DNA of 64,000 nt from Podarcis cretensis. Lineage: Eukaryota. Below are positions 40,055-50,035 of this stretch, one piece after another. Within the stretch, counting starts at the first letter, position 1, and the number at the start of each line of letters is the position of its first letter. Position numbers and translations under genes: made by a program. The notes below the pieces were generated by a model, which was not told the origin of the DNA, did not search any database, and saw only the letters and a list, made by a program, of their open reading frames with translations. The DNA is taken from positions 69,998,001-70,062,000 of the forward strand of contig OX638155.1 in the NCBI GenBank assembly GCA_951804945.1, given 5' to 3'.

Positions 40055-40241
40055 CATAGAAAGCTGCCTTATATTGGGTTGGACTTCTCCCATCTGCCCC
40101 AGTTTTGTCTATTCTGACTGGCAGTGGATCTCTCCCAGCGGTGAACCTTCTACCTGATCCTGTTAACTTAGGTGTGCCAGGGATTGAACCTGGGATCTTC
40201 TGTATACAGAACATGACCTGTACTACTAAGATGCCATTCCT
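40055..40241 (-). mobile_element. Squam2-like tRNA SINE
   Basis: Minus strand B box cccaggttcaatccctggca; tail actgccagtcagaatagac...tataaggcagctttctatg. Confidence 0.7.
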
Positions 40242-40635
40242 CCTCTATATTACATTTTTTGATACAACAATTCTAAGTGGTTGGTGAGGCAAGGCTTCCC
40301 TGTGTTGAAATCACAGCACATCTACATGTTCTCTAATTCTAGTTTTAATCATGCTTTTCACTAGTTTATCCATGATTCATTAGGATGATGGTTTTGCTAT
40401 AACACAAATCATTAGGTTATTCAGATTATGTGCCCTCTCAGTAATCTTTTTCTTTATCTAAATTTACAAAATTGTGAAGCATATATATAGAAAATAAATG
40501 GAATATGTTTCTCAGACAGAATCAGTGAACGTATGCAATTTCTCCTTCAGATATATAGTTCGTTAATTATCCATTTTAGCAATCTCAAAAATTTTGATAG
40601 GGATTGACAGGTCTAATGGATACCCTCCTTTAATG

Positions 40636-41307
40636 TTACATCTGCTGTATTCTATAGGGTCGTGGGGGGGGTTGTGTGTGGGTTTTTTTTTTACAAAAAT
40701 GCAATTTTTTTATTGATCCAGGGCAAAGCGCCACTGTCAGAGCTGCCCCTAGGTTCTTTTCCCATCCCAGCGCGTTGACCAATGCAAAAAAGCGGGAGTG
40801 ATATTGCCGTACAGTGGCTTTGCCTTGTTTCAGTCCATGGATCTCCCTTCTGGCCACATCCACATCCACAGCCGATAGAAAACAAGCATCCATCACTTTA
40901 ATAAAGGCATCCGAATTTTGGAGGGCTGGGTCATTATCGCGCCACAGATTGCGCAGCCATGCCTTTGCTTCCCCATGGAGATGAGTTAGTATGAAGCCCA
41001 CTTTCTCCTGCTCATCTCTAAAGTCCTTTTGCAGCAACTTGAGCGCAAAAACCAGGTCTGCTCTGAAACTAGGATACTGCTGCAGGCTCCCGTCGAAATG
41101 GGACACGAGGCTGCCCCCCCTCTTACCGAGACCAATTCCCTCCGGTCTGGCACCCGGCAGCCCCTGTTTGATCAGCATTTCCAACCTGGTCTGCAGATCC
41201 TGGCAGGCGGCGGCTGCTTCATCCTCCCTCTTTCTGGATGCTGCTATTTCCATGTTGAGCCTTGTGACTGCTTCTTGCAAGGCTGCCATTCTTTCATCCG
41301 CACTCAT
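40636..41307 (-). CDS. Retrotransposon Gag (coiled coil + capsid), truncated after ~aa 185 and reading into LTR/flank sequence
   Basis: ATG at 41307; motifs FDG, KVGFILTHLHGEAKAW and MHR-like LKQGKATVRQYHSRF, as in the Retrotrans_gag/PEG10-RTL1 family. Confidence 0.85.
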   Translation of the reverse strand: MSADERMAALQEAVTRLNMEIAASRKREDEAAAACQDLQTRLEMLIKQGLPGARPEGIGLGKRGGSLVSHFDGSLQQYPSFRADLVFALKLLQKDFRDEQEKVGFILTHLHGEAKAWLRNLWRDNDPALQNSDAFIKVMDACFLSAVDVDVARREIHGLKQGKATVRQYHSRFFALVNALGWEKNLGAALTVALCPGSIKKLHFCKKKTHTQPPPRPYRIQQM

Positions 41308-42225
41308 CCTTCCCGATCTTCGTGAGCTCGCAAAGCACCAAGCTTCGCCCTTCGCCGCTTCAACTCACGCTGCGAAGGTTTAGGAGACGGGACTTACTGT
41401 CAGAGCTGCCCCTAGGTCCCAGCTCACAGAGGACCAACGCCCGATCGTCGTTATGTACAAAAGTCTTTATTGAAGTTCAACTTCCATTCCAAAGCCGCAG
41501 CGCGCAGCCCTACGTCTTAAACCCTAGACCGGCGAAGTCCCGTCTGAATCTCCTCCCCTCTGACACCAGTTTAAGATCCTAGCCCTGCTCCACCTTTTCC
41601 ATTGTTCTCTCCTCCTCTGGGTCCTCCTGCCCGCCGGGGCTTTCCCCTTTCTGGACTCTTCCGACGCTGAGTCGGCTGACTCCTCCCCCTGTCTCCGGCG
41701 GGCTTTAGGACCCGGTTCCCAATCCTCATTCTCTGCTGTCCCGCGCTCCTGTACATTTGAACTTGCCTCTCGCGCCAACCCAGTGACCTTCCTCCTGACC
41801 GTCACACTGCTTCTGTCACTGCTTCCCTCTTCCGGGATACTGCCCGGATCTGACCTCCCCTCCGTTGTCTGGCTCTCCGACGGAGGCGTGGCCAGCCCTG
41901 ACTTATCTTCACTCCCTGGTGTGGAATCCTCTGCCCTCGATACCTGGGACTCTTCCCCCCCCCACTATGCTCTGGTGGGGAAGCTGGTCCTGATTTCCAA
42001 CTGCTACTCTGGGAGTCCCTGCTGGCCCCTTGCTCCTGGAGTGTCCCCCTTGGGAATCCCCTTGCCCTGGCCACTGGCGCCCCCTTCTGTGAATCTTCCG
42101 ATTCGCTGGAGAGGCTCATGGAATCTCTCGGGCCACTGTCATCTTCTCCTACGCTGCCCTCAGATTCTTCCCCTTCGCTCTCCATCTCCCCTCTTCCCTA
42201 TGCTTCTGCTCCTGAACCCCTGACA
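40735..42225 (-). mobile_element. Internally deleted Ty3/gypsy (sushi/Tf1-like) LTR retrotransposon: full 5' LTR, PBS, gag, last 20 bp of the 3' LTR
   Basis: LTR 41398-42225 bounded by tgtcag...ctgaca; 40735-40754 is identical to 41398-41417; gag ORF lies between them. Confidence 0.9.
41398..42225 (-). repeat. 5' LTR (828 bp)
   Basis: TG...CA with 6-bp inverted termini; minus-strand AATAAA at 41466-41471; TATA-like CTTAAA at 41570-41575. Confidence 0.88.
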
Positions 42226-42302
42226 GAAATTCCCCCAGGAAATCAATTCTGCCTTTGAAATCCCAATAATGTCCAGGAAAATCTGGGCGTATGGCAGCCC
42301 TA
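42226..42302. mobile_element. One end of a hAT (Blackjack-like) element
   Basis: Terminus gggcgtatggcagcccta (reverse complement tagggctgccatacg); partner end not found. Confidence 0.5.
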
Positions 42303-42865
42303 TTTTAAGGCAGTACTGCTTAAAAGAAACAATTGTACTGCTAAGAACAATTGTACTGCTCCACAGCAAGCACTCCATTTTACATGGAGCAATTCAGATG
42401 TTTTAAAGGTTAAGAACAACATGCATGTACTGTTATGAAACATACATTTGTTGAAAAATCAACAGTTTCAGTTTGAGTTATTTAAGAACTCTCAGGTGAA
42501 TGTTAATGAGTTGTTATTTTTTAATTTGTCAGTTAAACAGATACACTTGGTTTTATAGGCACACACACAGAGAGAAGGAGAATTTGAATTTAAGGACTCA
42601 TAAAAAGTAATGGATTGCAGTATGACAAATTTAATTTTAGTGCATGAGAATCTGTAGTATCTGATGATCAATTATAATCTCATTGACACCTTTAAAAAGG
42701 CAAAAGTAGTTGGATGTTTTATATATTATTTCTGTATTTTAAATTTTTCAATTCAGTGCTGTTTTACATATGCATTTTTGCTTTTTCTTTGCTTTGTGAT
42801 CTGTTCTGATGAAAATTGTATACAAATATTGGAAATAAATAAAATGAACTTGAAGGGTTGATTTT

Positions 42866-42897
42866 ACAAAACAAAACAAAACAAAACAAAACAAAAC
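42866..42897 (+). repeat. (AAAAC)n microsatellite
   Basis: Direct reading. Confidence 0.95.
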
Positions 42898-44672
42898 ACC
42901 CAGTCTTGGTGCTGAAGGGCATTCTATGCAGAAAATGCCTTTAAGCTATCCAGTATTGTATTCTTTTGTACCGTAATTACCGGTGGAGCAGGCAGTAATT
43001 TTAAGTGAAAGAAAAGGAAGAGCTTATTGTAAAATATATAGCGCAAGCTTGCACAGTGTTGTAAAATCAAGACCTGAATATTGATCAAATAATGATATTG
43101 AAAAACCGACAGAGGAATGTTCTAACTTTTAGTTTAACCTTTGACTTCCCATGTAGAACTAAAGTCACAGTTACTGGGTTTCAGTATGTTATTTGAAATT
43201 ACACAAGGTTCAATATCTGCCAGGTTATATAGCAATCCTGTGATTAAGTCAAGAAATGCATTCCAAAACAGACTTTTATATGTCCATACCACACTGCCAT
43301 ATGTTGACTATAAGCAAAAGTATGAAACTACCGTACTTGAAAAGAAAACACCGCATCCTACTTGCTAATAAAGCTATTGGTAACATATTTAAATTATCTA
43401 ACTATCAGGGAGCAGTATTCTCTGCAAACATCACTATAGAACAAAAGAGGATTAAGGGTCATGGTGGTAATGCAGTGTGGGATTAAGCCAGAATGAAACA
43501 ATTTTGTGGCTAAAATTCTTAAAGCGGTTCTTTTTAATGCTTAAGCACTGCAGCTACTTAAGAACAGAAAACAAAACACCCAATAGAAATATTATAACAA
43601 AGACTGTGGGTTGCCATAGATTTTAAAAGTTTTACTCAGTGCTGATTTCTCATATACATTGTCCAGGACATGAAGAAAGACAGAGAACTGAAAAGTACCA
43701 AATGTGAACTTTGAGTCACAATTGGGAATATTAAGGATTGAGCAAAGGGGTTTCATTAAAGAGGGCCAAGAGGAAAAGCTACTGAAGTTAACTTCAAAAG
43801 CCTAGTAGTAAAAGGGGATTGCAATGTCAGTGAAACTGCAAACTGTATCAAATAACCCATAAGTAGAACCACTCTACTGCATTTCCAAACATGTGGTTTT
43901 CTGATCTCTAAGGCTTGTTTATAGTTTATTCCTTTTCTTATTTGCTTGCTTTTACTTTTGTGCTTATCGTTTGAAAAGAATGCTACAAAATGTTGAATGC
44001 ATTGCTAATAGAGTTAAAAATTAGATCATAGACCTATTTTGAATGCACGGTTAATAGGCACCTATTAGTTACACTGAACTTAACTGTTTATACATGGCAC
44101 CTTTAAACATTTGTTGGTAGTATCTGATGATTTGGAGCCATTTCTATAATTTTCTATAATTCTATCATTATCATATTATAGTATTTATATGAGATATTTG
44201 TGTACACTGTGGCCCAGCAAGACAAAGTAAGCCAAACCATGGTTTACCAGGGCTGGGTGAATGTGTGGGTTCAAAGACAGACCCCATACTTCTGGTTTAG
44301 TTCTCTCCTCCCTAACCTGAGTTGTTGTAAAGGTTTGTTCTTGGCTACAGTTTGTGGTTAGTGAGTAGATACCATAATCACAAGCCTGGTTTGGACACTT
44401 GGTGTTGCACAGGAGCAGAAAGGACCAGGGAGGAGAAAAGCAGCTGTGAGTTCCTTGCCAGGAGGCTACCACTTCTCACTAACCCATCAACCTGCAATTT
44501 TCCTTACTGTGTCACATGAGCCAGGACTTTATCTATATAAACTAGATGGTATATGAACCAGCCATAGATATTTAAAAGCTATGAATGCACATTACTTCCC
44601 TTCACTACTTTATTACATTGTTGGCTGTCGTATTAGCAACATGTCATAACCAGACTCTTCTCACTGTGGTAG

Positions 44673-44810
44673 ACCCTGGAAAAACTCTCCCAGAAACTCT
44701 GGACTATTGCAAGACATGGTTACAGACAGTGGCAGGGGAAATCGATGCTAAAAGCGGCATCCCACCTCCTCTCATCTCATTGCAGATTAAAGACTTCCTC
44801 AATGGACCAG
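44673..44810 (+). CDS. VPS13B: VPS13B coding exon (138 bp; DPGKTLPETLDYCKTWLQTVAGEIDAKSGIPPPLISLQIKDFLNGP)
   Basis: ggtag| acceptor, |gtaag donor, phase 1/1; G+AC forms Asp with the previous exon. Confidence 0.95.
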
Positions 44811-45872
44811 GTAAGCATACCGTTATGATTACTCTTGCAAAGCAAGAGGCGCAAGCAAGAGTTAGGCAAGGTTCAAAGTCCCCCTCTTTCTCTTAACTGG
44901 TAGTGTTCACTGGGTAACCAAGTCCGTGCTTCCCAGTTTCGTGTCCGATTGTGGGCTTTTTGTCCATCAGTTTTCCCAAGGATTGCTGTTTGTTCCAATT
45001 CTGCAGTAAACAGCGAGTTTCCCCAGAGAAAGCAGCAGGAGGAGAGGAAAAAAGCCCCGCTCAGACATGGACATGGAAATCACAGACCTGTGCTCAGAAA
45101 GCAGATTGCAAAAGGAAGTCTAGATAAGCCCTTAGTGTAGTTTTTGAAAAAATGGTATCAGTAGTAATTCACAGTAAACAGGTATGGAACCCTCAGCCAG
45201 GAGTTGATCTGGGCTGTTTGAAAACCCACATGCATGGAGCAAGTTTCAAATGACCGAAACAAAATAATCTAGGTGGCACTCCACACATAGGGCAACATGA
45301 CCACATAAATAGTCGAAAAAGAGAGTAAATACATCCCTACAGATGCTGGTATTTAAGTTGTGTGCCATTCTATAAATATGTGGGCTGATGGTTTATGTTA
45401 AATAATTCCTTAAAATTATATCACAACTATAAATATTCCAAGGTGTATACATTTATTATTGATTACCGTAGGGCCAACTAAACTAAATTTGTTTTACAGC
45501 ACTTTTATTTCAACTCTTACGAATGCTAGCAAAGTAAATTCCAATTATCTCAAAATTTATAGAGTGAATAAATGTCAAGCTATACAGTGTTTTTAAACCA
45601 GCTCTTTCCATTCATTTGTAAAATACTTAGGAGAAAATTATTCAAGATTTCAGTTTTTATACTGTAGGCTAGCATGTAACTCACTTTATGTGACGTTTTA
45701 CACTAATAAATGCAAATGTGTGTATGAAAGATTTGCCTCCTTAAATTTACATTACCTGTTTGTAATGAGAGAGAGAACTTCCCTGAGGTCTCCTTCCCCC
45801 TCCCCCCCTCCACACCTATACTAAGTACATTTGCACACACTGAGAAGGGACTTGCATGCTGCTAGGTTAGTG

Positions 45873-45875
<3 letters not shown>

Positions 45876-45924
<49 letters not shown>

Positions 45925-46013
45925 AGGCCTCAGTCACCAAACTGTAGTTTATTAATTTATTAATTTAGTTTATTAATTATTTAATTAATTATTTAGTTTA
46001 TTAATTTATTAAT
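45876..46013 (+). repeat. (GA)n microsatellite followed by an AT-rich low-complexity tract
   Basis: GA run to ~45921; tttattaat-type repeats at ~45947-46013. Confidence 0.93.
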
Positions 46014-46957
46014 CCTTAAATTTAGCACATCCAGAAGAGTTGTTCTTTTGTACATGAGCTGGTAGCTTTTAAAGTTCTATTTTAACATGCACCATCTTGT
46101 TCTCTATTTGCAGACTAATAGTGGTGAACTGCATTTGAAAAGATGCAAAGTTATATTAAGCCCTTGTTGGTCAGCTAATTGTTACTGGCCATGATGGAGA
46201 TTATCATATTTTTTTATTACCTCACTGTTCTTTCTGATGGATAATTTAATATTTTTCAAAGATGAAAACATCAAATTTGGGGATGTTTTGGCTTCCCGAC
46301 ATACTTTATCCCAGTCTTTGTGAAAATATATTACAAAAACTCTCAGCAATTCATAAAGTTTAATATACCTAATAGTCACTAATTCCAAGTCTAAGAAAAA
46401 TGCAAGCTTTCTTTTGCCAAAATGCACGCCCTTGTCGTTTTCTTGGAATGACCTGTATGTATGAAATTATTAAGTTCATCAAATTTTAGCTGTATGAGTT
46501 ATTTTTATGTACAGCATTTTATCCAGTCAAATTAAGGAATATGGTAGACTCTGTTTTATCTTTCAGCAAAGAGGCTGCAAGAGGTTTGTTTGTCTAGGTT
46601 TTCCCCTCCCCCACTTCTGTTGGTCGCATGTTGTGATGAATAACATACCTCTCACCATACATAAAAAAGCACTTTGTAGGGTTCCCTCCCCCTTTACCTC
46701 CAAAGGCAACAATTGTACCCATTAGCAAGGTCAGTGGTTTGGAGAAACCTGGAAAATAGCAGCTACCAGAAACCCACTACAATAATATCTCCAGCAGGTG
46801 ATAGATTAGTTGGAACAAATTGGAACCATTGCACTTCGACAATCCTGGTTTCTTTCAAGCTGTTTTAAAATGTCGTCATTTTAATACACAGCCTCAGCCC
46901 TGCGGAACAGTCCACAGCAGGTTAATTTGAATCGTATGATGTGTCACTGCCCTCAGT

Positions 46958-47129
46958 NNNNNNNNNNNNNNNNNNNNNNNNNNNNNNNNNNNNNNNNNNN
47001 NNNNNNNNNNNNNNNNNNNNNNNNNNNNNNNNNNNNNNNNNNNNNNNNNNNNNNNNNNNNNNNNNNNNNNNNNNNNNNNNNNNNNNNNNNNNNNNNNNNN
47101 NNNNNNNNNNNNNNNNNNNNNNNNNNNNN
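46958..47129. other. Assembly gap (N run)
   Basis: 172 N. Confidence 0.99.
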
Positions 47130-47713
47130 ATTAGATCAGATACTTACTATATTGAAAAATCATTCATATTTTTGCGAGTTCAGCTGTGGGCTGCTTAGCA
47201 TGACATCATATATAAACCCAGGAATGTGCCCACTTGATCCCAGTTTAACAGTTTTGTTAACCATGGTGTTGGTTAACTTTGAAATGAGAATTTTTTGATT
47301 TAATGAGAGCTGACATGTGAGAAGGGGAACTGACCGGGGTGCAGACTTTTCTAATTAACTTAGGGTCATTTGCAAAAACACTCGAACACTCCGGTAGGGG
47401 TTTTTTTTTCATTGCTTTGTTACAAATAGGTTTTTGAAATAGTGACGTAATTGGATAGCTGCATTTCTTAATAGAATGAAGAAAACTGTGCCAGATAGTA
47501 AATATTCATTAACACAGGTATGGTTTTAGTTGTTGCAAAGCATAGTTCTAGGAAATGCTTCAAACAGCAAGAAATTGTACCTTCTCCATCCATATGAGAT
47601 ATCACAATCTTCATAGTCTTGCTTTTGTTTTCATCAAGTGTCTCTCTTCACACCCCAAAAGCCCTTGAGCTTTTAGGTTTTCACTTTTTGGATAGATTAA
47701 TTGTTGCTTAGTG

Positions 47714-47849
47714 CAGTGTTTCTCAGACTTGGGTCCCCAGCTGTTGTTGGGACTACAACTCCCATCATTCCTAGCTAGCAGGACAGTGGTCAGGGATGGT
47801 GGGAGCTGTAGTCCAACAATAGCTGGGGACCCATGTTTGAGAAATACTG
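47714..47849. mobile_element. Palindromic hAT MITE (same family as 34283)
   Basis: cagtgtttctca...tgagaaatactg TIR; the terminal motif tttgagaaata is tandemly re-duplicated to ~47876. Confidence 0.85.
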
Positions 47850-48725
47850 AATTTGAGAAATATTTGAGAAATACTGACATGACTTGAACAATGGAGGAAG
47901 CTGAACTAAAATGAACAGAGAAATTATTTTAATGAATGGGAGCATCAAGAGCTGGACAATTAAAGTAGAAATTCAGGGCTTGGAGAAGAATATGGCCAAG
48001 AAAAGAAATGAAATAAAAGTATAGGATAGGTCGTTTGTTCATTGTATCATTATTCCGGCATCATGTATAAGCAATAGGAAAGGCTGGGCAAGATTGTTAG
48101 CTTTAACATTTGGATCAAGAAGAAAAGGAGAAAAGAGGCAAGCTTTTCACATTACACACTTTTAAAGATATCGTTAAGGAACATACCTCTCAGATAGCAT
48201 CAGGTGAACAACTAGAACGACCTCCCTACAGACACTACATTGGAACCAAGTTCAGTTGGCATCAGATAAACTTCCAAGTATCCATGTTCCAGTTCCAATT
48301 TGGCAAAAAGTTTATGAAGAACTGAGATTTTGAATTCAATAGTTAAATGGGAATAATGTCTACAATCCAGTAAGGAGCATGAGCACACTAAAGATTTTCA
48401 GCAGTCCCGCAGGAAAGCTTAAAAGGCTGTTTGGCAGTTTAGTAACGTGAACTTCCAGAAAGGAAACCTTTGGTCCAGACTGTGGTCCAGTTCACACATA
48501 AAGTTAAACTAAACCATGGCTAAGTGTGACTATGGGAGCGTGTGGATAGTCCTAGGAAAAACTTGTGCTGTGATGCTTCTCTGGTCCTGTTGTTGCCATG
48601 TTACCTGGGACTAAGGCATAGTTTGGTTTAGCATTACAGCTGAGCTCAGATTCATGGTTCCTCTCCCCTACCACAAACCGTACATCAAGAACCAACTTTG
48701 GCTAAAGCTCATGGGTTGTTTGAAG

Positions 48726-48863
48726 CAGGTGTGGGGAACCCTTGGCTCTGCAAATGTAGCTGAACTACAACTCCAGTCAGCCCCAGCAAGCATGTCCAGT
48801 GGCCAGGAATGACAAGAGTTGTTGTTCATCACCATCTGGAGGGCCAAAGCTTCTCCACACTTG
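48726..48863. mobile_element. hAT MITE
   Basis: caggtgtggggaac...cttctccacacttg TIR; TSD gtttgaag/gtctaaag (6/8). Confidence 0.75.
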
Positions 48864-48903
48864 GTCTAAAGTGAAACAAACCATGAACTCAGGTTTAGAT
48901 GTA

Positions 48904-49112
48904 CAGTGGTACCTCAGGTTACATATGCTTCAGGTTACAGACTCCGCTAATCCAGAAATAGTGCTTCAGGTTAATAACTTTGCTTCAGGATAAGAACAGA
49001 AATCGTGCTTCGGCGGCGTGGCGGCAGCAGGAGGCCCCACTAGCTAAAGTGGTGCTTCAGGTTAAGAACAGTTTCAGGTTAAGAACGGACCTCCGGAACG
49101 AATTAAGTACTG
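48904..49112. mobile_element. Tc1/mariner (Tigger-like) MITE with a deleted right subterminus
   Basis: TA-cagtggtacctc start, repeated ttcaggtta motifs, ends actg-TA. Confidence 0.8.
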
Positions 49113-49630
49113 TAATGCAAAGCCAAGCCATGGCTTACCTCTGGGTAGCAGGACTGCAGCAGGACTGGAGGAGAAGCCGCATAACCACAATTTTTCCTTT
49201 GCATAGTTTTACTTTAAGGATTCCCAACACTTTTACTACATAATCCCCCCCCCCCCCCATCTGCAAAACAATGTTCTTCTCATTATGTGTTTTGTTAAAA
49301 CATTTGCTGGAAGGGCTGCACCTTGAATATTTATGAAATTATAAATGCAATTAGCCAAGAACAGATTGCTGAAGAATTTGGGTTGTATTCAACTATGTTT
49401 TACTCAGAGTAGGTCCATTGAAATTAATAAACATGATGAAGTGAAGTCCACTAATTAATTAACTTTGAAGTAGGAAGCCAGGTTATTACCTTCTTTGAAA
49501 AGCAGTTGGATTGAACTTTCATTTTACAGTAAATTAAGTAATTGTTTGAGGATGCATAATTTTTATAGGGGGGGGGGGATGGTTAAGACAAATTTCTTTC
49601 TCCACCCCTACTTTCCTATTTGTCCCACAG

Positions 49631-50035
49631 CGGAGATAAATGTGGATATATCAAAGCCTCTGAAAGCAAATTTGAGCTTTGTCAAGTTGGATCAAGTAAA
49701 ACAATTTCTGAAAAAGATCAGAAGCAAAAGTGATGATGAGACTCAGGAGGAAAATGCTTCAGCAGCTGATAGCCTTCCAAAGAAGGATGACACATTAACA
49801 TCCCAGTGTTACAAAAGCCAGATTTCTGTCTCTGAAGACCATGGTGATGGAGGACAAAAGGCATCCCAAGAAAACTTATGGATGGGCATTTCCTTTTGTC
49901 AGAAGGTTTCTATCCACACCACTCAGATTGTCATTTCTATGGAAACTCGTCCAGATCCTAGGAAACCCTGCCTATTAACATCTTTATCAAATCTCAGTGG
50001 AAATTTGAGTGTCAAAGCTAGCTCGAAGAGCAAAG
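49631..50035 (+). CDS. VPS13B: VPS13B coding exon (405 bp; AEINVDISKPLKANLSFVKLDQ...LSNLSGNLSVKASSKSK)
   Basis: tcccacag| acceptor, |gtaag donor, phase 1/1; lies within ORF 49495-50106. Confidence 0.95.

Noticed and set aside
41524-42223. Several 90-146 aa ORFs on both strands
   Set aside because: They lie inside the GC-rich, low-complexity LTR U3 and have no domain features
36830-42414. piggyBac-like element suggested by TTAA-CCTTT ... AAAGG-TTAA ends
   Set aside because: The inverted homology continues outside the TTAA once BovB is removed, so TTAA is internal; no transposase lies between the ends
48904-49112. Spaced ttcaggtta repeats resembling a CRISPR-like array
   Set aside because: Short, irregular internal motifs of a Tc1/mariner MITE in a vertebrate intron
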